Assembly (NCBI GenBank): GCA_934163035.1
Contig: CAKPJX010000002.1
Span: 79,062 to 143,061, forward strand
DNA from: an uncultured Bacilli bacterium
GTDB taxonomy: Bacteria > Bacillota_I > Bacilli_A > RF39 > UBA660
DNA: 64,000 nucleotides
Direction: 5' to 3'
Shown here: positions 46,706 to 55,751 of the stretch, piece after piece
Numbering within the stretch: position 1 is the first letter of the stretch
Layout of the letters: every line of letters starts with the position of its first letter
Translations under genes and position numbers: made by a program
Notes under the pieces: model-generated
Seen by the model: only the letters and a program-made list of their open reading frames with translations
Database searches by the model: none
What the model was told of the DNA's origin: nothing

Positions 46706-48538
46706 TTATTTATCAAGATATTTAGTTATGATGTCATTTAATTTAACATTATTAATCGGCTTTATTAAAAAGTCACATGTAAATTTTTCTCTATCATGAT
46801 GTAACATAAAATAATCAGACATTAAAACTACAATTGGAGGAATCTTAAAAGTATCAGAAAGTTTTTCTAAAACTCTCATTAATTCCATATCATCATCTTT
46901 TAACATCATTTGATCAATAAATATAAGGTCATACTTATTACCTTCTTTTATCTTATAAATGAAATCTTTAACACTAAGTGAATTATCAATACTACATTTA
47001 TATGGTTTTAAAAATGTTTTCATTAGTTTTAAACTCAAAGTATCACTATCAACTATCAATATCTTTGAATAAGAATAATCATTGTAATCTATTTTGTTTA
47101 TCATACCTATAGTTCCAAGTATAGTATCATCTACAATTTTTTGCTGTAGTTCTACATAAAATTTCGTTCCAACTCCATAATCACTCGTAAAATTAATTTT
47201 TCCATTCATAATATCAACAAATTTTTTTACAATAATAAGACCAAGTCCAACATGTTCCTTATCATTATATGTATGTTCATCTAGATCAGATAATCTATTT
47301 AAAAGCTTTTTATACTCTTCTTCACTCAACCCAATCCCCGTATCAGATACACAAAATTTTAATAAACAAGTTTTTTCTTTTTTCAAACATTCAATTTTTA
47401 AAGAAATCCTTCCTTTATAAGTATATCTAATTGAATTATCAAGCAGATTTAACAAAACTTTATAAATCTTATTTTTATCTCCAATATATTTTCTCGGTAT
47501 ATTTTCATCACAAATAATATTTAAATTAATATTTTTATTATTCATCTCATTGAATGCAAGCATTAAATCTAAAATCAAATCTCTTAAATCATATTCATCT
47601 TCAATTAAATGATTTAAATCATAATCAATCTTTGATATATCTAAAATATCAGTAATTACTGTATTTAAACTATTTCCTGCATAGAATATACTTTTTATAT
47701 CAGGTAAAATTTTTTCTCTATCAACATAAGAAGTATCAAGCAAAGTATCACTTAAATTTACTATTGCCTGAACTGATGACCTTACTTCATTTGTAGTATT
47801 ATTAAAAAAGTCCATCTTACTATTATTGAGATTTTGTATAACATAATTTGTTTTTTGTAATTGTCTTATTGCATATAAATCAGGATTCTCCGTTATAAAA
47901 TACAAAATAAATGAATTTAATGTCAAAGCAGTCGTAAGAAAATATACATGTGGAAATATATATGATAATAATAAAACAATTATTGCTTCAAATAGTAAAA
48001 ATAGAATGACTATTCTTTCATTATACTTATCAAAAATTTTATTCGAAACAGACATTATACACAACAATGATATTAAAATAATTGAAAAATATATATATAT
48101 ATTAGCTTGACCTGTTAAATATGCAGTGTCATTTAGTATAACATAATCAAATTTAAAAAAGAAAAAGCAAACTATAACTAGCAGGTACACAGGCAATATA
48201 TAACTAGTTTTAATATTTTTAAACAATATATTTTTAAATTCTTTATAATTATGATTAGCACTTAAAGATATTAAATATAAACATATTAACATAGTCCATA
48301 TAATTATACCCAAACCACGTACTCTACACACTACTTCATTTATCAATGGAAATAATTGACTATTATAAATTGTATATACTGACACAGATTCAGTTAATAA
48401 AACTACAATCAAACAAATTAATAATGCAGTATATAATATATTATTAATATTCTTTTCTTTTACTTTGAAAATATAAGCAATTAACAATAATATCACTAAC
48501 AGTAAATTACTTATTGAAAATATAATCGTATTAAACAT
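46706..48538 (-). CDS. Hybrid sensor kinase-like protein (multi-TM + DHp + HATPase_c + receiver) with H-box His replaced by Asn
   Basis: About 6-7 TM helices. H-box FFNNTTNEVRSSVQAI (Asn codon 47789-47791). N-box LLNLLDNSIRYT, G1 DTGIGL, G2 GLGLIIVKKFV. REC with DSD, DLIFIDQ, FLIKP. ATG 48538 overlaps the upstream stop (ATGTTTAA). Confidence 0.8.
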   Translation of the reverse strand: MFNTIIFSISNLLLVILLLIAYIFKVKEKNINNILYTALLICLIVVLLTESVSVYTIYNSQLFPLINEVVCRVRGLGIIIWTMLICLYLISLSANHNYKEFKNILFKNIKTSYILPVYLLVIVCFFFFKFDYVILNDTAYLTGQANIYIYFSIILISLLCIMSVSNKIFDKYNERIVILFLLFEAIIVLLLSYIFPHVYFLTTALTLNSFILYFITENPDLYAIRQLQKTNYVIQNLNNSKMDFFNNTTNEVRSSVQAIVNLSDTLLDTSYVDREKILPDIKSIFYAGNSLNTVITDILDISKIDYDLNHLIEDEYDLRDLILDLMLAFNEMNNKNINLNIICDENIPRKYIGDKNKIYKVLLNLLDNSIRYTYKGRISLKIECLKKEKTCLLKFCVSDTGIGLSEEEYKKLLNRLSDLDEHTYNDKEHVGLGLIIVKKFVDIMNGKINFTSDYGVGTKFYVELQQKIVDDTILGTIGMINKIDYNDYSYSKILIVDSDTLSLKLMKTFLKPYKCSIDNSLSVKDFIYKIKEGNKYDLIFIDQMMLKDDDMELMRVLEKLSDTFKIPPIVVLMSDYFMLHHDREKFTCDFLIKPINNVKLNDIITKYLDK

Positions 48539-50399
48539 TATTGTCACCATCCACAGCATTACTAAAATATTTATTTATTAATCTCATCAACTCTAATTTA
48601 TCAATTGGACTTAATAAAAAAGCAGTAAATCCATCATTTAAATACACTGTTTGATATTTAGCATCATTTGATATTCCAACAAAAACTTTAGGAATTCTAT
48701 AATTTTTTAACTTTTTAATTTTCCTAATAGTATCACTAGCAGATAATTCACGGTCACTATCACCCATTATCAATAAATCATAGCAAAGACCAGATTTAAT
48801 TTTTTCAATAGCTTCCAAACCACTTTTATAAGTATCAATATTAAATCCAAATGTTTTTAGTAAGTTATAGTTTGCTCTTGAAGATATATCACCAGCATCT
48901 ATTAACAAAACGTTATACTTTGAACAATCAACATAACTAATATTGTTCCCTTTAGTTAGAATCTTTTCCACGACTTTCTCATCTTCACAAATCCTACATT
49001 TGACCACCACATCAAATGTTGAACCAATTCCATAGTTACTGCTAAAAGTCATCTCAGCACCTAGAAGTTTAACCAAATTTTTTGTAGCAAGAAGACCAAT
49101 GCCTACACTATTATTAGATATTTCAGCATCAACATCATACTTATCAAGATAAGTAGTCAATAAATTAAATTCATTCTCACTCATCCCAACTCCAGTATCA
49201 TTAACCACAAAATGCATATCTATATATTCCAACTTTTTAATACCAGTTATTTTTAATTCAATTTCGCCAGTTTGTGTAAACTTTATACTATTACCTATTA
49301 ATCTCATTAGGATTTTTAGAATTTTTTCCTTATCACCAATTAAAATTTTAGGTAACTCTTTATCAATATCAATATTAAATTGAACATTTTTATGCAATTT
49401 AGATTTTACATATTGCTTTATATCAATAACAAGATCATTAATCAAAAATGGTTCTGACTTAACAACATTATCCACAGCTTCCATATTTGAAAGCTCTTGA
49501 ATATTATCTATTGTATTCAACAGTTCTTTTGAAGAACTATTAATATATTCAATATTACTTCTAAAATCTTCTTCTGAGATATTTTCCTCATTTATAATTG
49601 AGCGACTAAACCCAACAATCGAATTAAGAGGTGTTCTTATCTCATTAGATATTTCCAATAAAAAATCAGTCCTATTCTTAAAAGCTCTCTCTGCATTTTT
49701 ATTTGTTTCTCTAAGTCGTTCTATTAACTGAACATCAGGATTCTCTATTGAAAAATATATAGCAATAACACATAAACAATAAAGATAAGTTAAATCATTA
49801 AAATCATAAATAGTTAACTGAAGAATGGAAACAACTACTAAATAAAATACAAAGAAAAATAGTGGTAAACGTCGTGATAAAGGAATGTCCTTTTTCTTTA
49901 CCAATAGTATATATAAAATACTAACAACCATTATTACAACAAAACTATATAAGGCAAATTTTCCTTCCCCTCCAATAATATATACCGAATCATTATATAC
50001 TGATGTAAAAGTTAAGTCATAAAACAAAGACACAATATAAGTAACTATAGTAAAAACAAACAATGATTTTATATATCTCTCTTTTAATATTTGAGAAGTC
50101 TTTTCATATTTTGAATTACGCCCCAAACTCCATAAATATGCTAATATCAATGACATCCAAGCAATAATTCCAAGTACATATATTCTACAGAGCACCTCAT
50201 TTAAAACCGGAATTTTTAAATGGTTAGCCATTGTTAAAGTACATAATATTCCTAGTACTGATATAAACAACGTATATAACAATAAAATAGTAAAGATATC
50301 GTTCTCTAACGTTTTATATCTTTTTCTATTAAAGAAAACAATTGCCACTAAAATTAAAAAAAGTAAACCAATTATAAGAAAACCTAAACTTTCAATCAT
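48531..50399 (-). CDS. Hybrid sensor kinase-like protein, paralog 2, H-box His replaced by Asn and a degenerate receiver
   Basis: H-box FLLEISNEIRTPLNSIVGF (Asn codon 49644-49646). N-box LMRLIGNSIKFT, G1 DTGVGM, G2 GIGLLATKNLV. REC-like C-terminus with LLIMGDSD and FLLSP in place of the usual Asp and Lys positions. Confidence 0.8.
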   Translation of the reverse strand: MIESLGFLIIGLLFLILVAIVFFNRKRYKTLENDIFTILLLYTLFISVLGILCTLTMANHLKIPVLNEVLCRIYVLGIIAWMSLILAYLWSLGRNSKYEKTSQILKERYIKSLFVFTIVTYIVSLFYDLTFTSVYNDSVYIIGGEGKFALYSFVVIMVVSILYILLVKKKDIPLSRRLPLFFFVFYLVVVSILQLTIYDFNDLTYLYCLCVIAIYFSIENPDVQLIERLRETNKNAERAFKNRTDFLLEISNEIRTPLNSIVGFSRSIINEENISEEDFRSNIEYINSSSKELLNTIDNIQELSNMEAVDNVVKSEPFLINDLVIDIKQYVKSKLHKNVQFNIDIDKELPKILIGDKEKILKILMRLIGNSIKFTQTGEIELKITGIKKLEYIDMHFVVNDTGVGMSENEFNLLTTYLDKYDVDAEISNNSVGIGLLATKNLVKLLGAEMTFSSNYGIGSTFDVVVKCRICEDEKVVEKILTKGNNISYVDCSKYNVLLIDAGDISSRANYNLLKTFGFNIDTYKSGLEAIEKIKSGLCYDLLIMGDSDRELSASDTIRKIKKLKNYRIPKVFVGISNDAKYQTVYLNDGFTAFLLSPIDKLELMRLINKYFSNAVDGDNNV

Positions 50400-50571
50400 A
50401 AATATAATTTCTCCCTACTGTATCATATCCTAATATAGAAATTATAACATGGTGACAATAATATTTCAATTAACAAAAAACGACTTCAATCCTATAATAA
50501 CAACAGTAAAATAAAACTTATTTACTTATAGTAAAAAAAGACTAATTTTTTAACAAAAGAATCACTAAAGC

Positions 50572-50612
50572 TCAAAATAAAACTACTTTCAAATCAAATC
50601 GAGGGTAGTTTT
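50572..50612 (-). terminator. Candidate terminator downstream of ssrA
   Basis: AAAACTAC (50579-50586) / GTAGTTTT (50605-50612), with TTATTTT following on the minus strand. A smaller hairpin CTCGAA/TTCGAG lies at 50621-50635. Confidence 0.45.
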
Positions 50613-50648
50613 TATATTGTCTCGAAAAATTCGAGTTTACTATCAATC

Positions 50649-51026
50649 TGGTGGAGCTGAGGAGAATCGAACTCCTGTCCGAAAATACAGCTACGCAAAC
50701 CTCTACAAGTTTAGTTAACTAGTTAGTTTCATATATCATTCAAGTAGTTAACGACCAAAACAATATACTAGTCTATTAAATTCTGGTTACCTTCAAGACA
50801 AAAGATAACTATAATCTAGTAAAAATGAACCTTTTTCAATTTCCTAGATAAAAATCGAAAAAAGTGCAGGCCTTATATTATTAGGCAAAAGCAACTGCTT
50901 GGTTTCCACCAAACAAATTAGCTACTGCGTTTTTAATTTTATTTGCGTTTATTTTTTGTGCTCATTACGTGAGCAATCGACTTGCCATCTGCGCTCTAAT
51001 ATTCCCGTCGAAACCTAATCAGCCCC
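50649..51026 (-). ncRNA. ssrA: tmRNA (SsrA)
   Basis: Minus strand: 5-prime GGGGCTGATTAGGTTTCGACGGG... and 3-prime ...GGAGTTCGATTCTCCTCAGCTCCACCA (tRNA-Ala-like acceptor/T-arm). Predicted tag ORF 50946-50881: GCA AAT AAA ... GCT TTT GCC TAA TAA = ANKIKNAVANLFGGNQAVAFA. Confidence 0.93.
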
Positions 51027-51036
51027 ATGTAGCTAG

Positions 51037-51045
51037 ATTATATCA
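51037..51045 (-). promoter_or_regulatory. Extended -10 (TGATATAAT) upstream of ssrA
   Basis: Minus strand: TGATATAAT ends 10 nt before the mature 5-prime GGGG. The -35 is weak. Confidence 0.5.
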
Positions 51046-51133
51046 CATTTTTACATATTTTACTAGTAAAATGTAAAGTAAATAAATTTTTTATCATTAG
51101 AGAAAAAAACAATAAATAAATAAAAAAGCATTG

Positions 51134-51142
51134 TGCTATAAT
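51134..51142 (+). promoter_or_regulatory. Extended -10 (TGCTATAAT) upstream of pflB
   Basis: TGCTATAAT lies 22 nt before ATG 51165. RBS GAGGATGGTGA. No good -35. Confidence 0.5.
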
Positions 51143-51164
51143 ACATAATGAGGATGGTGAAAAG

Positions 51165-53390
51165 ATGAAACAATGGAGAAAATTTAAACAGGGAAAGTGG
51201 ATAAATTCTATTAATGTACAAGACTTTATTAATAGAAATTATTCTCAATATGACGGAGATGAAACCTTCCTAGAAAAGCCTACAAAAAAGACAACAACAA
51301 TTTGGTCAAAATGTAAGGACTTATTAAAAGAGGAATTAAAAAAACATGTACTAGATATTGATGTAGATCACATGTCAGGAATCAATTCGTTTGATAAAGG
51401 ATATATCTGTAAGGAAGATGATGTAATAGTTGGACTTCAAACAGATAAACCACTTAAAAGAATTGTAAATCCATATGGTGGAATTAGAATGGTCTATCAA
51501 GAACTAGATGCATATGGATATAAATTAAATCCAACTGTAGATAAGTATTTTAATGAGTTTAGAAAAACTCATAATCAAGGTGTTTTTGATGCCTACACAT
51601 CAGAAATCAGAAAAGCTAGACATGTAGGTCTACTAACAGGTTTACCTGATGCATATGGAAGAGGAAGAATAATTGGTGACTATAGAAGAATTGCACTATA
51701 TGGAATTGATTATTTAAAAGAACAAAAAATAAATGATTTAAGTAAACTAACTGGTCCAATGACAAATGAACTAATACAACTAAGAGAAGATGTTTCAATG
51801 CAAATAAGAGCACTAGATAGTATCAAAGACATGGCAATGGCATATGGTATAGATATTTCAAAACCAGCAAATAATGCCAAAGAAGCAATTCAATGGACAT
51901 ATTTTGGATACCTTGCTGCAATTAAAGAAAATAATGGTGCCGCTATGAGTTTAGGACGTGTAGATGCTTTCTTCGATATATATATAAATCGTGATTTAGA
52001 GGAAGAAACAATCACAGAAAAAGAGGCTCAAGAATTAATAGATCAATTTATCATAAAGCTACGTTTAGCAAGACAACTACGTACACCAGAATATGATGAA
52101 TTATTCTCAGGAGATCCAACTTGGGTAACCTGTAGTATTGCAGGTGTGGGAAAAGATAAGAGACATATGGTAACTAAGAGTTCATATAGAATTCTACATA
52201 CCCTAACAAATCTTGATCCAGCACCAGAACCAAATATGACTGTATTATGGAGTGCTAACTTAACAGAAAATTTCAAAAAATATTGTGCTAAAATGTCAAT
52301 ACAAACAGATGCTATACAATACGAAAATGACGATTTAATGAGACCAATATATGGTGATGATTATGCTATTGCTTGCTGTGTATCAGCAATGAGACTTGGT
52401 AAAGACATGCAATTCTTTGGTGCCCGCTGTAACTTAGCAAAAACATTGTTATATTCAATTAATGGTGGTATTGATGAAATAAAAAGAGAAAAAGTGTTAG
52501 ATGGTTTTGATATTATGAATGATGAAGTTCTAAATTATCAAAAAGTTAAAAAAGCATATTGGAAAGCTCTAGAAAAAGTAGCTGATATATACGCTAATGC
52601 CATGAATATAATCCACTACATGCATGATAAATATGCATATGAAGCTGGTCAAATGGCATTACATGACACTTTAGTACATCGTTATATGGCCTATGGTGTT
52701 GCTGGATTATCAGTAGCAGTTGATTCTCTATCAGCAATAAAGTATGCTAAAGTTAAACCAATCAGAGACGAAGAAGGAATAACTGTAGACTTTGAAATCG
52801 AAGGCGATTATCCACAATACGGAAATGATGATGATAGAGCTGATAATATAGCAATAGAAATTCTTGAAAAAATGTTCAAAGAGCTTAAAAAACATGAACC
52901 ATATAGAAAAGCTGAACCAACTATGTCTGTTTTAACAATTACATCAAATGTAGTATACGGTTCTAAAACAGGGGCAACACCAGACGGTAGAAAAAAAGGT
53001 GTTCCATTTGCTCCAGGTGCCAATCCAATGCATGGAAGAGATCATAGCGGAGCTATTGCTTCCCTAAACTCTGTCGCAAAACTACCATACAAAAATTGCT
53101 GTAAAGATGGTATTTCAAATACATTCTCAATAGTACCAAATGCCTTAGGAAAAACAAAAGAAGAACAAAAAGAAAACTTAGTAAGTCTAATGGATGGTTA
53201 CTTCATACAAGGTGCACACCACTTAAATGTAAACGTACTAAATAGAGAAACTTTAATAGATGCTATGAAAAATCCTGATAAATATCCATTATTAACAATA
53301 AGAGTATCTGGTTATTCAGTACATTTTAATAGATTAACTAAAAAGCAACAAGAAGAAGTAATTTCAAGAACATTCCATGAGACAATATAA
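51165..53390 (+). CDS. pflB: Formate C-acetyltransferase (pyruvate formate-lyase)
   Basis: 741 aa. Active-site ACCVSAM and glycyl-radical motif RVSGYSVHF. Confidence 0.96.
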   Translation: MKQWRKFKQGKWINSINVQDFINRNYSQYDGDETFLEKPTKKTTTIWSKCKDLLKEELKKHVLDIDVDHMSGINSFDKGYICKEDDVIVGLQTDKPLKRIVNPYGGIRMVYQELDAYGYKLNPTVDKYFNEFRKTHNQGVFDAYTSEIRKARHVGLLTGLPDAYGRGRIIGDYRRIALYGIDYLKEQKINDLSKLTGPMTNELIQLREDVSMQIRALDSIKDMAMAYGIDISKPANNAKEAIQWTYFGYLAAIKENNGAAMSLGRVDAFFDIYINRDLEEETITEKEAQELIDQFIIKLRLARQLRTPEYDELFSGDPTWVTCSIAGVGKDKRHMVTKSSYRILHTLTNLDPAPEPNMTVLWSANLTENFKKYCAKMSIQTDAIQYENDDLMRPIYGDDYAIACCVSAMRLGKDMQFFGARCNLAKTLLYSINGGIDEIKREKVLDGFDIMNDEVLNYQKVKKAYWKALEKVADIYANAMNIIHYMHDKYAYEAGQMALHDTLVHRYMAYGVAGLSVAVDSLSAIKYAKVKPIRDEEGITVDFEIEGDYPQYGNDDDRADNIAIEILEKMFKELKKHEPYRKAEPTMSVLTITSNVVYGSKTGATPDGRKKGVPFAPGANPMHGRDHSGAIASLNSVAKLPYKNCCKDGISNTFSIVPNALGKTKEEQKENLVSLMDGYFIQGAHHLNVNVLNRETLIDAMKNPDKYPLLTIRVSGYSVHFNRLTKKQQEEVISRTFHETI

Positions 53391-54117
53391 TATGGTTAAA
53401 GCAAGTATTGATTCAATAGAAACATTTGGTTTAGTAGACGGTCCCGGTATAAGAACAGTTGTATTCTTTAATGGATGCAAATTAAGATGTAAGTACTGTC
53501 ATAACCCAGAAATGTGGACTATAAAAGAAAAAAATTATACCCCAGAAGAAGTAGTTAAAAAAGTAATTAGATCCAAACCATATTTTAATAAAAATGGTGG
53601 TGTTACTTTTTCTGGAGGAGAACCACTTCTTCATGATAAGTTCATAATAGAAACGGCCAAATTATTAAAAAAAGAAAATATTCATATAGCAATAGATACT
53701 GCTGGAGTTGGCAATGGTAATTATGAAGAACTTCTTAAATACATTGATTTAGTAATATTAGATATCAAACATACAAGACCAAAAGAATATAAAGAAATTA
53801 CTGGACTTGAGATGAAAGAAATCGATAACTTTATAAATGCTATCAACAAAGAAAATAAAAACGTATGGATAAGACAAGTAATAATACCTGGAATAACAGA
53901 TACTGAGGAATATATAAATAGCCTAGTTACCTATTTAAGCAAAATTAAAAATGTAAAAAGAGTAGACTTTCTACCATTTCACAGATTAGGAAGAGAAAAA
54001 TATATAGCCTTAAATATACCATATCCATATGAAGATAAGAATGACATGGACAAAGACAAATGTGATAAACTATATGAATTATTTGAACAAAAATATAAAA
54101 GTACTAGCCAAAACTAG
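53377..54117 (+). CDS. pflA: Pyruvate formate-lyase activating enzyme (radical SAM)
   Basis: [28 protein letters not shown]. An alternative start at ATG 53392 (MVKASIDS) avoids the overlap with pflB. Confidence 0.93.
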   Translation: MRQYNMVKASIDSIETFGLVDGPGIRTVVFFNGCKLRCKYCHNPEMWTIKEKNYTPEEVVKKVIRSKPYFNKNGGVTFSGGEPLLHDKFIIETAKLLKKENIHIAIDTAGVGNGNYEELLKYIDLVILDIKHTRPKEYKEITGLEMKEIDNFINAINKENKNVWIRQVIIPGITDTEEYINSLVTYLSKIKNVKRVDFLPFHRLGREKYIALNIPYPYEDKNDMDKDKCDKLYELFEQKYKSTSQN

Positions 54118-54551
54118 TACTTTTTTAAATTCTTCAAAACATCTCTTTTAATGTCTCTTTCTTTTATTGATTCCCTCTTATCATAATTCTTTTTTCCTTT
54201 ACAAACAGCTAAAGAAACTTTAACACGATTATTCTTTAAATAAATTTTTACAGGCACCAATGTATTTCCCCTTAATTCTATTTCCTGTTCTAATTTTTTT
54301 ATTTCTTTTTTATGTAAAAGTAATTTTCTACTTCTAGTTTCATCATGATTAAATATATTTCCCTCTTTATATTGTCCAATATACATATTAAGTAAATATA
54401 CTTCGTGATTTTTAATTATCCCATAACAATCCTTAATATTGCAATTACCTTTTCTAATTGATTTAATTTCAGTACCCATCAAAACTATTCCAGCTTCATA
54501 GATATTTTCAATAAAATAGTCATGATAAGCTTTTTTATTCAATATTTCCAT
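54114..54551 (-). CDS. smpB: SsrA-binding protein SmpB
   Basis: NKKAYHDYFIE..EAGIVLMGTEIKSIR and KLLLHKKEI. 145 aa. Confidence 0.93.
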   Translation of the reverse strand: MEILNKKAYHDYFIENIYEAGIVLMGTEIKSIRKGNCNIKDCYGIIKNHEVYLLNMYIGQYKEGNIFNHDETRSRKLLLHKKEIKKLEQEIELRGNTLVPVKIYLKNNRVKVSLAVCKGKKNYDKRESIKERDIKRDVLKNLKKY

Positions 54552-54555
54552 AGTC

Positions 54556-55749
54556 TCACTCCCCTGTAAGTCCCCATACTAAATCTGGATACTTAGAACT
54601 AACCACAGCCTTATATGTTTCATAATATGAATTATAATTAGGCAGTAAATCATTATTTAATTTAGAGTAAGGATACACTTTAAAGTTCCTCTTACCACTC
54701 CTAGATGATTTTGTATATATAAGTTGTGCTTTGGGCTCAACTATACTAACATTAACAGTATCATCAACTTCAACTCTCTTTTTAATCTTTACTTCCATCA
54801 TCAATCCTGTAAGTCTTTCTATACCAGCCTGATCAGAAATAAAATTACCAAGTGAATATATTACAAGTGTCTTACCATCATTAATATATTCAACAGGTTC
54901 AACAACATGAGGATGTGCACCAATAATTAAATTAACCCCCAAAGAAGACAATTCATTGGCTATATTAATTTGACTCTGTGAAACGTTAAAAGAATATTCA
55001 ATTCCCCAATGCATCGCCACTATTATAACATCAGCAAGATCTTTAACTTTATTAATATCATTACTTGCTTTTTCGTAAGAATAAACATTATTTAAATATT
55101 CTTTTCCAGCTGGTGTTTCTAATCCATTAGTCCATGTTGTATAAGAAAAGAAAGCATATGATATACCATTAATTTTATATATTTTAGCTTCATCTCTCTC
55201 TTCTTGTGAAGTCCATTGACCAGTAAAAGCTATATTTTTTTTACTCTTCCAATAATTAACAGAATTAATAACACCAGTCTCACCTTTATCCATAGTATGA
55301 TTGTTAGCAAGTGAAACCAAATTAAAACCTGCATCTAGAAAAGCATCACCAACAGCCTGAGGTGAATTAAACCTAGGATAATTAGAATAACCAAGCTCTG
55401 CTCCACCTAAAATTGTCTCCTGATTATAATACCTCAAATCATACTTTTTTGCTATAGGCTTTATTAGTTCTAACATTGGCTTAAAATCATAGGTACCATC
55501 ATCTTTTTCAACATCCATATAAACAGTAGAATGAATTAAAGCATCACCAATCATAAAAAGACTAGCTTCATATTCCTTTGGTTTCTTAACTTTTTCAACA
55601 ACAGGTGTAGTATCTTTCTTTTTGTTATTAACATTCTTATCTTTGAACTTATTTTTAAAACCGAAAGAAATAACAACTAAAAATAAAAGAAAAAAGAGAA
55701 CTATCCATACTTTTCTTTTTATCCTTAATATCCTCTTTTTTCTTCTCAT
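54556..55749 (-). CDS. CapA-family metallophosphatase-like protein (PGA_cap), membrane anchored
   Basis: N-terminal TM. MIGDALIHS, LANNHTMD and GAHPHVVEP motifs. Confidence 0.75.
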   Translation of the reverse strand: MRRKKRILRIKRKVWIVLFFLLFLVVISFGFKNKFKDKNVNNKKKDTTPVVEKVKKPKEYEASLFMIGDALIHSTVYMDVEKDDGTYDFKPMLELIKPIAKKYDLRYYNQETILGGAELGYSNYPRFNSPQAVGDAFLDAGFNLVSLANNHTMDKGETGVINSVNYWKSKKNIAFTGQWTSQEERDEAKIYKINGISYAFFSYTTWTNGLETPAGKEYLNNVYSYEKASNDINKVKDLADVIIVAMHWGIEYSFNVSQSQINIANELSSLGVNLIIGAHPHVVEPVEYINDGKTLVIYSLGNFISDQAGIERLTGLMMEVKIKKRVEVDDTVNVSIVEPKAQLIYTKSSRSGKRNFKVYPYSKLNNDLLPNYNSYYETYKAVVSSKYPDLVWGLTGE

Positions 55750-55751
55750 AA

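Noticed and set aside
51063-51248. 61-aa minus-strand ORF over the pflB start and promoter.
   Set aside because: It overlaps the pflB RBS/start and the ssrA promoter region. It is a hydrophobic low-complexity peptide with no RBS.
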